64,000 nt of DNA from Antedon mediterranea (taxonomy: Eukaryota; Animalia; Echinodermata). Within the stretch, counting starts at the first letter, position 1. Every line of letters begins with the position of its first letter. The notes beneath the pieces are model-generated. The model had not been told where the DNA came from. It worked only from the letters and a program-made list of their open reading frames with translations, and searched no databases. Shown here one piece after another: positions 41,025-53,760 of this stretch. The stretch lies in NCBI RefSeq assembly GCF_964355755.1, contig NC_092680.1:13897045-13961044 (forward strand). Reading direction: 5' to 3'. The translations under genes and the position numbers were made by a program.

Positions 41025-41312
41025 ATATATATATATTGATATAATTTAATAGGCCTAAACTAATTGCCACAGTCTTTCTCAAGGAAATAATGTCCCGAAT
41101 TTAATGCTTCACTGTATAAGCAGGCGTTATATCATGGACTCTTTCAAACAGATTAGGCTTATGACCGTGACGGTAATATTACCACAATTTTACTAGGTCC
41201 AGAGGCGGTCTAACGGAAGCCGGCAATAAGGTGTTTTTACTCTTTCACGCATAGGCCGACATTCATGAATTACCGGAATATTACCGTCTTATAGCTCTGG
41301 GTGAAAGGGGCT
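40313..41312. mobile_element. PIF/Harbinger-like non-autonomous element
   Basis: TAA|AGCCCTTTCACA ... GGTGAAAGGGGCT|TAA: imperfect TIR with 3-bp TAA TSD. Confidence 0.75.
40841..41043. repeat. (TA)n microsatellite, interrupted
   Basis: Long AT dinucleotide runs with TTG interruptions. Confidence 0.97.
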
Positions 41313-44300
41313 TAAGTTTGAAATACTTACCATAACAATGAAACAGAAACTTCTGACTCAAAACTTGTAATTTGTATTCATTTTAAGTCAATGCAGTTAC
41401 TGCATGTAATATAGATGGAATATAAAAAAATTATTATATAGACCGAAAAACTAATAGTATTTTTTTATACAACAATTGTAATCATTTACAATGTGGTGTT
41501 AAAGTGTTAACATGACTGTACCTGCCTATTGTCCTAATTATTATTAAATAATTATTCATCACTGTTGAATTGGATGTCAAAGGCCTCGACATAAGTGGCA
41601 CTAACATAATACATTTATAGATGATGCCATCTAAATGTTGGTTTCAAATCTTCTAACGATTCTAATTCTCTTGGAGCTAAATTTTTTATTAATTTATTCC
41701 AATGAAGGTTGTAAATTAAAGATTTAAATAATTTAAAGTATTAACAACTGACTTTAGGAGTTTATTTAATTTAACACCATAAGGACCCAAAGTATCCCAT
41801 TATTATAAATTAAAATAATATCAATATTGAGAATTTTAAAAAGATGTTATTCATAACTAATTCAAGTAAAGCTGATTCTAACCAGAAGCAAAGGTTTAAT
41901 CTAAAAGCTTATCTCCCTCCTCAAGTAAAATACAAGACGCCTTTTAATGCCTACAGCCTAAATCAACTTCATCAATTTGTATAAAAGCGGCAGTAAAAAG
42001 AAAACAATTGATAGCACTATAATGAGAATATGATGCAAGTGGGAGATTAATTTAAGGAGCAAAATCCAGTAAAAGAATAAATAATCCTATTTAATCTTTG
42101 AGGAACAGACATTGTAGCCTTAATTTGTTTACCAGTATACATGTTACATGAACTACAGTTAAATTGAGTCTGGGGCAAATGGAGCACATTAAGAAATAAT
42201 TTCTTTGATTCCAATGTTGATTATTTTATTTTATCATCCATGATGATAAGGAAAAGAAAAAATTATTGTGTTGGCCCCGACCGACCCTAAACTAATGAAT
42301 ATGCATTTTAAAATTTTTTTAGCCAAATAGCGATTGTGAAACCAACTGGTGAAATATGTCGTCTTATTTGCCAAATTGTCGAAAACAAGAAAAAAAAAAG
42401 CAATTAACTGTGAATCGATCATGTGATTTTAACTTTAAGTTTTAACTAAATACATGCTTTGATTATACAGTGGTTGACGAGACATGTTTTTAATAGTTAT
42501 TTAAAAGGCATGGATTCGTCAAGCAAGTATATGTTTGATAAAAATTTACTTAAGATTGTCGTAAGCTCTTTCGTTTTCAAAAGGAGGCCTCCAGCGTCGA
42601 GGGCCACTTAGCGTCCTTAACCTGTGTTACGCCAGTCAGTGGCGTAACTGCTATGAGCACTCACTGGCTTAACCCAGGAGCGCAAAATCTTGTGGGACTC
42701 CTACGGAGAGCCAACATGAAGAAAAATGTATGTCGAAAATGCCAAAAATGCCTGAGGCCTCCAGCGTTGATGGCCACTTACCATCTCTAAACCAGGGGCC
42801 AGGTTATAATATACGATTAAATACAACCAAAAACAAATACACCTTTTCCACGAAACTGAAGACATCTTCAATCGATGAAAAATAATGCCGAAGCGTAACC
42901 AACAGAAATAACATAGCGTTTTCAGCCTATTTTTGGAGGACGAGTTACTTAAAAACATGTAACTCCTACCTCAACGGACAGTCGTATGGACAACATTTTT
43001 ACTGTAAAATGGTCTTAAGAGATTAAAGCATATTAGAAAAATTGTTTTCACTGCTTAAAATTCATTAAAAAACACCACAGTGTATAAGCATAGGCTGCAC
43101 CGCGAAAAAACGCCTGTGCTTATACAGCTGGGAAGCTATAGGCAGTTGATTTTCGAATGAGTATCATCACATGGCAAAATTGTCAAAATCAAATCAAAGA
43201 TTAGAATACAATCAGGTGTGTTATAGTACAGACGTATATGACGTTAAGACCTTATTTTATGAGCATAATACAGTAGTCTTTGTGTGCCTATTGTGTAAAA
43301 CAAGTGCTGTAGTACATACTGAATGCAACATACAAGTTAAATTAACCTTATACTAATGTAAAGAATAAACAACAATATTTCTTACAAAAAACACCGCTCG
43401 CTTGTTGATATAATACTACCCATGCTTTTTATAAAATCCAGCAAATTCTCGAGTACGATGATATTGACTGTGTAATTTTCGTGTGGCAACACTCGCGTTT
43501 GGCGATAAATAAAGAAAAGTCATCTACTGGGACTTGAACTCGCGATGAATTGTCACTCCATCACAAGACGACGCTTCATCCGATGTGCCACGCAACTTGC
43601 TTGAAGAAATTAATCAACTAAACTATTTAAACTATGCATACATAGCGCCCTCATTTGTTATTAGTCCTCCCTAGATGTGATGAAAGACCGTGAGCACGTA
43701 CCATTCAGTGGTTTTGGATGAGATACGTAAAATACGCCAACAATTTAGTAGCATTATTATATAGATTGTCCCCCTGAAAAATATTTTTTTTGTCAAATTT
43801 GTTTTTGAATGTTTCATTTTATTGTCACTTAATAATTATTCTTGTTAACCAAAAAAATATTTACCTGAAAAAATGTAATGTAAAGCAAAAAATACTTAAA
43901 TTGTCTGTCAGACAATGGTTTTTGGTTCAAATTAAACGTTTCTTTTCTTTTTTTATAAGTGAATAATTTTTTTTTTTTTACAGAGGTGAATAACTTTTGT
44001 ATTTGAAGTAAAATACAACAAGAATTCATACTTTGATTTGTCTTAATTGTGCAATTGAAATTTAAAAATAAAAAATACTGAATCTGTAAAAGATGATGTG
44101 CTTATAAAATAATTTAAATAAAAATTTAATAATATTAAAGCCAATTTCAGACCACTAAACAGAATTTCTGTCACTTTAGCCTAGATGTCAACAAGTGATA
44201 AATGGTATAAAGGGACATTCAAGTGTGAACAAATTGTATCCTATTACAAACAAAAACCTTGCTATGGACTGTTTTGATCATATAGTTCAATGATTATCTG

Positions 44301-44769
44301 ACAGCGAATTACAGTATTATAATATAATAACAAGATTTTACAGATTATTGTCTGCATGCATCGCAATAATACTGTATTTATCAGCAAATGTTTTCATAGA
44401 CTTCTCCCAGACGTGCTTTGGTGTGTGTAATTGAGCATGACCCATTCCTAGTTTACAAAATACCAAAAATGGCAGCCTCTAGCTATAGCTTTCGCTTGAT
44501 ATCTGAAGGAGTAGTCCTCTGGGGATATAGCTGGCTAAAGCTGTGTCATGAAATCAGTTTCTCAAAAGCATAAGAAATGGTTAAAATTTAGTATGATTGA
44601 AAAATGAAAGCTATAACATTTGATTACAAGTTCTAATCAATGGTTTTATTCAATTTTTGTCAGAGGCCTACGACAGGGTGACCGATTACAACTGCTCCAC
44701 AGCTCAAATCAATACAATGCCAACTATCTGTCTTGGTCTTTGAAATTCTATTAGAGGTTTTGACTTGAG

Positions 44770-45088
44770 AAAGTGAGTGGCCGAGCGGTTAAGACAGTGA
44801 AACCGTAATTACGTAGCCATAACATCGGCAGGGGTTCGAGGCTCACTCACTGCATGGTTCTGGTGGTACTGTACAACGAGTCTTCTCGGATAAGGACTAT
44901 AAACCGTAGGTCCAGTGTACACAACTAGCTCGTGTGCACCTTAAAGAACCTAGTACATCTTTTGAGACGAGTAGGGTTTACCCTGGTGTATTAGTACATC
45001 ACAGCCACTGATCACCAACTGGGCCCTCTGGGAGAGCAGTCTTTGACTGAAGAGGTCACCCAGTATAAAAATAAACTAACAAACAAAC
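44770..45088 (+). mobile_element. tRNA-derived SINE family 2 (Deu/Nin-like domain), full-length copy
   Basis: A box TGGCCGAGCGG and B-box-like GGTTCGAGGCT. Central GGATAAGGACTATAAACCGTAGGTCC...TTAAAGAACC..GAGTAGGG resembles the Deu domain (recalled). (AAAC)n tail. Confidence 0.8.
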
Positions 45089-45186
45089 ATGTTTTCAAAG
45101 TATGTGATAATAGGATAACCTATTGTTATATGAACAAATTTTCTCTCAATTAATTATGCATTCAAAATTTTAATATAAATTTAAGT

Positions 45187-45739
45187 AACTAGAAAGTATA
45201 CCCTCTCCAGAGCGGGTTTTAAAACATCATTTTATCAGAGCCATACTTGCCCTATAATATCCTCATGATTACTTTACAAGAGTTTCAGGTCTTTTTGAAA
45301 TTGCAATTTACATTGACTTTTGACATTGCATGACCTTGGTCCCCTTCTTGATATCTGATTCATACTAACCATATCTTCAATTTTGGATTGATCAGAGGAA
45401 TTTAAAAATGTTGAGATTTGACTTTGACTTTTGACCTTGGCCTAACAACTACAAACTTGTTCTTATACTGAGCCACCCACCCAAGTTTGAAGACTTTAGC
45501 CAAGTTTCAGGTCTATCAGAGCAATTTCTTAATTTTACCTTAAATTTTGACATCCCATAACCTTGGTTGGCGCCTTTCTTGATATTGGATTCATACTTAT
45601 AGGGTTGTTTTTCTCAAGTTTCAGCTTGATCAGAGCAATTTGAAAATGATGAGATTTGACCAAGACCTTGCAACCTTGTCTCTGAATAAACCAGGACAGA
45701 CAGATAGACAAGCAGAGATTTGGAGAATTATAAAGATTA
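45187..45739 (+). mobile_element. Helentron/DINE-1-like element with internal subrepeats
   Basis: Starts AACTAG; repeated TTGACTTTTGAC/GACCTTGG/AAGTTTCAG units; GACA-type microsatellite near the 3' end. Confidence 0.5.
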
Positions 45740-45756
45740 TTTCTTTTTTTTTTCAG

Positions 45757-45867
45757 CCTGTCGATACAGCAGATTTAGATTTAGACATACAACCACAAAT
45801 CGAAAAAGACAAGACATGTTTTAAGTTTTTTGTCAAATGTAACAGATCAAGTAAATATAAATTTAGG
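45757..45867 (+). CDS. STAP1: STAP-family adaptor, exon 3 (PVDTADLDLDIQPQIEKDKTCFKFFVKCNRSSKYKFR)
   Basis: T-tract-CAG| to AGG|GTAAGT, 111 nt, phase 0; fills PH beta4-7 between exons 2 and 4. Confidence 0.85.
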
Positions 45868-46360
45868 GTAAGTGTAAATTATGTTTTTATTAATTTTGTC
45901 CGATGTTAAACCATCATCACTGCCTAAAGCATTTTTTTTTTTAGTTAACGACAGTGTATGTGAAGCCTGATGGTACGCTCGCTTCGCTCGCGTACCATCT
46001 AGGTGTCCACAGATGGTTCTCGAATACACGGTAATTTCAGCTTAAAAAAACTGGCGATTTCAAATGTACGTACCGCAGGACTATAAATACATTGTCGTTT
46101 TCAGAAACGAATAAATAGACACGATGATTAATGTAGTCAACTAAAATTAGCACACTGGGAATTAGGCCTACTTCCGAAGGAGAAACTTGTCTTAAAATGA
46201 GTCCAAAAAACTAAAACTGTCCCTGTTATAATCGATTGAAATAGTATAGTACATGTAACAATACACCACTTATATTTTTTATAATTACGGTACTAATTAA
46301 TACAATAAACAGTAACCACATTCACAGTAAGAAAATTTCGACGACAAAAATGGTTAATTA

Positions 46361-49300
46361 AAGTATTTGAAAGATATTGTGAAATTTTGGTAATCATTGA
46401 CATTAAACTTTTTGAGATATTTGTTACACAAAATCTGTACAGAAAGAAATTGCGAAGAAACATTTTTTTTTGACAAAAACAATTTCTCACTAGAATTTAA
46501 TTCGTCACTTTGACGAATTATAGGTGATCATTTTTATCTTTTTATTGACATTAATATTTTTTAAACATGCACGTACGTTAACATACGATCGAAAAATGTT
46601 GATTTATGCCATCCTATTATACGTATATAGTGCTGATTTGTGCCTATTATATGCCATATACATTATGTACAGTATATACTGTATATCTATATACAGTGTA
46701 GCATTGGTGAAATTATGGACACAAATCATGATCTAACTTTTTGGTATTATGACATTATCAAAATAAACTTGTGGATAATAATATCGAAAGATAATGAATT
46801 GAGCAATAAAATATAACAATTGGATGAAAATTTGGCACGAAGAAGCGCGGTGAGCGCTCGTTGAAATTTGTATAACTTTGACTAAAGAATTTTAAAAACT
46901 ACTTTTTTGCTTCAACTGGCCATATGATAACGTTACAACATCAGATGGGATTAATTTGTATATGAATTCATATCTACATTTCACCAACTTTCAAAATAAA
47001 TTATAAACATCAAGGTCAACTTTAATTCAGAAGAGCTGTAAGGTATTCAAATATACATTGTAGGGGAAATTACGTAACCACCGTTATTCAAATTTTAAAA
47101 CGTGATGACGTCATCAAAATGAAAATATTGGCAACTCATGAGTAACATACTTGGTTAAGGTAGAATATGTTACAAATTAAAAGAAAATCAATCACAGATA
47201 AGCGAGTTGAGCTCTGTTGAATATGGTGGTCTATGACAAATGAGAAAAAAACCCTATTTTAAAAATGTATGTGGCCAAATGATGACGTCATACCATTTTG
47301 TACGTCTAATGTGTATATACAATTATTTCTACACCTCATTGGCTACCATAGTAAGTTTAAAAAAATGGGGGTCACCTTCCATTCTGAAGAGTTATATTCA
47401 TTTTAAAAAGGCCTTATTTTTTACCATTTTTAACACTTTTGTACAATTAATGTGCGCATTTTGTCATTTTTAACGTGCTCGTATAGCACTATTTTAAGTC
47501 GAAATGGACTCAAATTTGGTGATTGAACTATGGAAGATGAGTAGAATGCAATTTGTACAAAAAATTGTTATTTTTTACGCTTTCTAGGTACGCCCGCGCA
47601 AAAACGTGTTTTTGCGCAGTAATTTTTTTAAACACGCAAATGGCCTAATTCATGCTCTAAATTGATCAAAACATAATTTTGAGCTTTTTAAATTTTTAAC
47701 GCGCGATTTCTTGCGCATGACCCTACGTGCGCGTGGGTTTTTATTTGCTAATATTTTTACCCTTGACCTGAAGTTTACGTGTAGTGAATTTCATTAATAT
47801 GAGATAATTTATTATGAAGATATGATTGATAATGTGATTTCACAAAATGGCGTATAAATGACGTCACGGATGAGTGATCACGCTGAAAAGCTTATTAGGA
47901 CTAAGTTAAAGTTTTTGAAAAACATTCTGAAATTTTCGTAATCATTGACATTAAACTTTTTGAGATATTTGTTACACAAAATCTGTACAGAAAGAAATTG
48001 CGAAGAAACATTTTTTTTTACAAAAACAATTTCTCACTAGAATTTAATTCGTCACTTTGACGAATTATAGGTGATCATTTTTATCATTTTAATGAAATAA
48101 ATTTTTTTTAAACATGTACGTACGTTAACATACGATAGGAAAATGTTGATGTATGCCATCCTATTATACGCTTATAGTGCTGAGTTATGCCTATTATATG
48201 CCATATACAATGTACAGTATATACTGTATATCTATATACAGTGTAGCATAGGTGAAATTATGGGACACACATCAAGTTCAAATTTTTTGGTATGATGGAA
48301 TTATCAAAATAAACTCGAAGATGACAATTTCGAAAGATAATGAATTGAGCAAATAGATATAAGGATTGGAAGAGAATTTGACACGTAGAAGCGCAATGCG
48401 CGCTCTTTGAAATTCTTATAACTTCGACTAAAGAAATTTAAAAACTACTTTTTAACTTCAACTGGCCATATGATAACATCACAACATCCGATACGCTTAA
48501 TTTTTATATGAATTCATATCTACATTTCATCAGCTTTCATAATAAATTATAATCTTCAAGGTCACCTTTAATTCTGAAGAGCTTTAAGATATTCAAATGT
48601 ATGGTGTAGCTGAAATTACACGACCTAGGTTATTCAAGTTTTTACGCGTGATGAAGTAATCAAAATAAAAATGTTGACTACTCATTAGAAAGATAATTAA
48701 TTGAGCAAGCACATACTAAAATTTGTGCGAAAATCGGGCTCAAATAACGGAGATGCGCTCTATTGAATGTGATAACCCACACAAAACGATAAAAATTCCT
48801 AATTTCTAAATTCAAGTGGCCATTTGATGACGTCATACCATTTTGTACGTCTAATGTGTATATACATTTGTATATACAACTTATTGGCTTCCATAATAAG
48901 TTAAAAAAATTGGGGGTCACCTGCCATTCTGAATAGTTATATTCATTTTAAAAAGTCCTTATTTTTTACCATTTTTAGCACTTTTGTACAATTAAAGTGC
49001 GTATTTTGTCATTTTTAACGTGCTCGTATAGCGTTATTTTAAGTCGGAATGGACTCAAAGTCGGAGAATGTACTAAGGATTGTGAGTAGAATATGATGTA
49101 TACATCAAATTTTATTTTTTACCCTTTTTAAAAATCGCGTGCGCAAAAATGTGTTTTTGCGCAGTAATTTTTTTAAACACACAAATGGCCTATTTCATGC
49201 TCTAAATTGATAAAAACTAAATTTTGAGCTTTTTAAAATTTCAACGCGCGATTTCACGTGCATGACCTTGAAACGCCCGAGTTTTTATTTGCTAATATTT

Positions 49301-49616
49301 TTTACCTTGACCTCAAGTTTACGTGTAGTGATTTTCATTAATATGTGATAATGAATTATGGAGATATGATTGATAATGTGATTTCACAAAATGGCGTATA
49401 CGTGACGTCACGGATGAGTGATCACGCTGAAAAGCTTATTAGGACTAAGTTAACGTATTTGAAAGACATTGTGAAATTTTGGTAATCATTAACATTAAAC
49501 TTTTTGAGATATTTGTTACACAAAATCTGTACAGAGAGAAATAAATAATAAGAATAAGAATAAAGATTTCATACAATAACAATAGGTGATCATTTTATTC
49601 TAAATGATCACCTAAT
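46361..49616 (+). mobile_element. Head-to-tail array of Helentron/DINE-1-like elements, family A (period 1547 bp)
   Basis: 5' ends ACTAGAATTTAATTCGTCACTTTGACGAATTATAGGTGATCATTT at 46489 and 48036. Single 3' hairpin TAGGTGATCATTT-tattct-AAATGATCACCTA at 49583-49614, preceded by an (AAT/AAG) microsatellite. Confidence 0.8.
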
Positions 49617-50464
49617 TACGTACAGTATTTACAATATTGTCAAAGTATTGCAATGCTATATCTCAGTTTTAAGTTTATTCTCAAAGGGCCCATAAATTTA
49701 CCTACTTGTGTTAAACCATGGAGGGCTCATAAATTTACCTACAAACTGGGAGAGATTGGAATGTTCCATTCATCACAAATCAATACATTTGTATAAACGT
49801 ATATTAAATCTATCAAAATAGTATTTTTTTAAAGAAAATCGGCCTGTCTTCAACATTATGATACTGTACTCGAGCTGTTCAACCGGTTTTCAGCTATTAA
49901 AAACAATTATCGTAGGAGGAGATAGGGAAATGCGAAGCATCCTCGTATTATTGTGTGCGGGTATTTTTTAAGAGGACATCCATTAGACAGTGTATACTAC
50001 GGTCGGGAAAACACCCCTATTTGGGGCAAATCGTTGAACCTAAATTCGTTTTAATTGTCAATAACTAATTATCTAACTCAATTTAATTAGTAAACAGGGT
50101 TACATCTGGTGGTTTAAATCAGTACCGAGATTCTAACCTTACTAACTTTATATATCATCGAGTAAACATTCTAAAAATAACGCGAGATTTACCGAATTTT
50201 GCCCTTACGTAAATTTATATATAGATTAATAGTTTTAGATGAGGAATGTAGGTTTATTTTGATGAATTTTCTATGATGCATGACTTTTGAAGCTTTTGAA
50301 GCTATTTCACCCATAATGATATAAGCAATGTAGCCAGTGGCGACTACGGTATAGAACACTGAATTGAATTTTCTTATTCAAGATATGAACTCATATTCTA
50401 TGTCAATTTGAGTACTATGTGTCTGCTTTATTAATATTCTCAATTTTGTCAAAGTACTGTATTC

Positions 50465-50640
50465 TCACTTGCACTGATGAAGCTCTGCTAATTTGTCTGG
50501 CTGTTTTACTTTATTGTTTTGATTTAGCTTTTTGTTTATTTTCCATTGAGATCCAGATACAAAATCAAAACGATAAAGTAAAACAACCAGAAAAATTAGC
50601 AGAGCTTTCAGAGAACACTAGCCCTTCATCAGTGCAAGTG
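50465..50640. mobile_element. Inverted pair of Penelope-like terminal fragments
   Basis: The + copy (stem II deleted) is fused to a - copy of the same family as 33124 and 59515. Confidence 0.7.
50596..50637 (-). ncRNA. Minimal type I hammerhead ribozyme motif (Penelope-type)
   Basis: Minus strand TTGCA-CTGATGA-AGGG-ctagtgtt-CTCT-GAAA-GC-TC^TGCTAA: intact core boxes, short stem I, palindromic AGCT in place of stem III. Confidence 0.6.
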
Positions 50641-50727
50641 AATGTATACGGAGTGTTTCTATATAATTGTAAAAATTTAAATCTGAAGAACATATACATC
50701 TGATGTTGACTCAAATCTAATCTATTA

Positions 50728-51393
50728 TTTACCTCCGCCAAGGAGGTATATGTAATCGGTAGCGTGTGTTTGTTTGTTAGCAGGATTACTCAAAAAGTAA
50801 TTACAAGATCTTTACCAAAATGAATATACAGATAGATATGTGGTCAAGGACCATTCCATTAAATTTTGGGACCATTGTCCCAATTCTGGACCACTTTTTA
50901 GTATAATTTTCAGACCTGCTAGTGTTAAAAGATAGAACAGAATTTTTTAAAAGCCGGCGAGCAGTCTTAAAGTAACAAGTATACTGAAATTGCATTTTCT
51001 CGAGAACTACTTGTCCAAAAAACTTCATTTTTATACAAGAGGCAAGAGTTATAATTTGTGATTTGTAATTTTAAAACATAATTTGATTTAATGTGCACGT
51101 TTTTTGATGCCAGTAGTTTAAAAAACCTATTTTCTTTTCAAATTCACTCGTTTGATTTTCGCGTTCGTTGCTGTTCTATTGTTAGTCAACTGAAGCTATT
51201 GTTAATTGAAAGGCTTGTTACATAACCATTACACCAAACTCGCATACACATGCTTGTAGTGAAATTAGCCTAAATCACAAACAGCATTAAGACACACACA
51301 AATATATATATCTTTTTTTTTACCGGAGAAATCTTATGTAGGAGAATTTTACAGTAGGCGGAGGTATGCCCTCTCGGAGTGGCTTTCTAGTTG
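50728..51393 (-). mobile_element. Helentron/DINE-1-like element, family C copy 1
   Basis: Terminal hairpin ACCTCCGCCAAGGAGGT, (TTTG)n, subterminal GGCGGAGGTA, end CTAGTT. Confidence 0.8.
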
Positions 51394-52423
51394 CATTATT
51401 GTTTGTTGGTTAAATAAAGGAATGAAATAAACAAAAAATTGTAGCAATTTATGAATGAAGTTTAATGCCCTACTCTCGCTCCTCAAAACCAAATAAATTT
51501 ACAATCTCTGAGTTGTTTTGTTTGCTATCAAGAACTTTTTCTAGGTCATACTTTGAGCAGACTTGAAGGTTATTCTTATGTGCACCACTTAACACCTCAT
51601 GACATTTCCTTCCAGATATTAATGCATCCTATAATAATGTGGTTACTCCACCTTAAGTGTCTATTCTTAGTGAGTCGTGGGAATTGTCTCAACTGTGACT
51701 CAAATCTAAACAATTTATTTTGATTTCCTTCACCTATTCTACTTTTTGTTTTAGTGAATGTTAAAAAAGATGAAACTTAAACGACAATTGGCCATTGTTT
51801 GTTATCTCTGTAAAATGTTTCAATTCCTCTACTACAGTACATGATTTGAAGTTGCAATAAATTACTCTTACTGTATGACTGTGAGACATTTCCTTTAATA
51901 CTATAAACAATAAAAAAAACTTAGGAACGGGTCTAGGACAACTACCCCCTGGACAACTATTACCCGGAAAACTACTACCTGGACAATTAGGAGGAGAGAG
52001 AGAGAAATGTTTTTTTAAATTGTCTAATGAAATCAATTAATTAATAGTTTAGGCTTTTTTAAAATCTAAAAGTAAAATTAGGAGGTTCTTTTCTGTAGAA
52101 TATGAATTGGAATAAAATAAAATGAGTATAAATGTTTAAGTTAGACGTAAACATATCATGGGTATGATTATTCTTTAGGTTCTAAAAACGTTTATTTATT
52201 GTCAGTGAACGTATAATGTCATTAAACAGCATGACATAAGCTCTTACGGTCTTCGGAAAAAATATTTCTTACAAAAAACGCCGCTCGACTTTTTGACTAA
52301 CAATTTTAATTTTTTTAGTTGTTCTTTCTACAAATATAATGGTTTATTATATAAATTATTAATTTTTGTTTAACAATCAGTAATAAACATTTTGTGTAAA
52401 TATAGTCTGGCCTACTGTACAGA

Positions 52424-53098
52424 ACAAAACTGGAAAGCCACTCTGAGTGTGCCTACTGTAAAATTCTCCTACTTAAGATTTCTCCGGAGAAAATATATAT
52501 ATATATATATTTGTGTGTGTCTTAATGCTGTTTGTGATTTAGGCTAATTTCACTACAAGCATGTGTATGCGAGTTTGGAGTAATGGTTGTGTAACAAGCC
52601 TTTCAATTAAACAATAGATTCAGTTTACTAACAATAGAACAGCAACACGAAAATAAAACGAGTGAATTTGAAAAGAAATAGGTTTTTTAAACTACTCGCA
52701 TAACAAAAGGGTGAACATTAAATCAAATTATGTTTTAAAATTACAAATCACAAATTATAATTCTTGCCTCTTGTACAAAAATGAAGTTTTTTGGACTTAA
52801 TTAGTTTTCGAGAAAATGCAATTTTAGTTGTTACTTTAAGACTGCTCGTTGGCTTTTGAAAAATTCTGTCCTATCTTTTAACACTAGCAGGTCTGAAAAG
52901 TATACTAAAAAGTTGTCCAGGTCCCTGACCACATATCTATCTATCATTTTGGTAAAGATCTTGTAATTACTTTTTGAGTAATCCTGCTAACAAACAAACA
53001 GACAAACAAACACGCGCAATCGATTATATATACCTCCTTGGCGGGAGTAAAAAACAAACACACACTATCGATTACATATACCTCCTTAGCGGAGGTAA
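52424..53098 (+). mobile_element. Helentron/DINE-1-like element, family C copy 2, with duplicated 3' end
   Basis: Reverse complement of 50728-51393; two ACCTCCTT(G/A)GCGG hairpins at ~53032 and ~53080; interrupts another repeat. Confidence 0.8.
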
Positions 53099-53760
53099 AA
53101 TATGATCATAAACTACATATTTCAGGGTAGGAGCATGGATCTATCTAATTTATTGGTCCATAGGAGCAGGAGCATTCGACATTATGACTAATTACTCCCT
53201 AATTTGACCCGGCCCACAGGTATATATGCCTACTACCTTGCTGGGGATAACGCTGCAACATTAAAAGTTAATAGCATACATTGCCTGTTGATATTCTGTA
53301 TCAATATTAAAAGAATTATTATTATTATATTTCATTCATATTATTATTACTTATTGTTAAACAAAAATAATTGATAATAAAATTATTTTTGAAGAAAGAT
53401 TTCTTGTTTATTCAACTACTAAAACTATTATACAATATACAACTATAATAATTTATTCACAGTTTGTAATGTCCTGTCAGAGATATTTTTATTCATTTTA
53501 ATAAAATACAAAATTAAGCACAAACTGTAAGTTGTTCATGTTAAGCAAGACTGAATGAATGATGACTTAGGTTCAGGAAGTGTAATAATTATCTTTCTAG
53601 CAGAATCAATCTATTTTTATACTTCCTATACCAATACAACTTTATTATATTACACTTGTGAATAAATAGCTAGCTTGTCTTGACAAGTTAGTGAACAGTG
53701 TGGTGATGTGAGACTCCGTTTTTGGACTTTTTTCTGTTGTATGTTGTCAATTTGTTTGGT

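Noticed and set aside
40691-41082. Poly-(IY) ORFs
   Set aside because: Translations of the (TA)n microsatellite.
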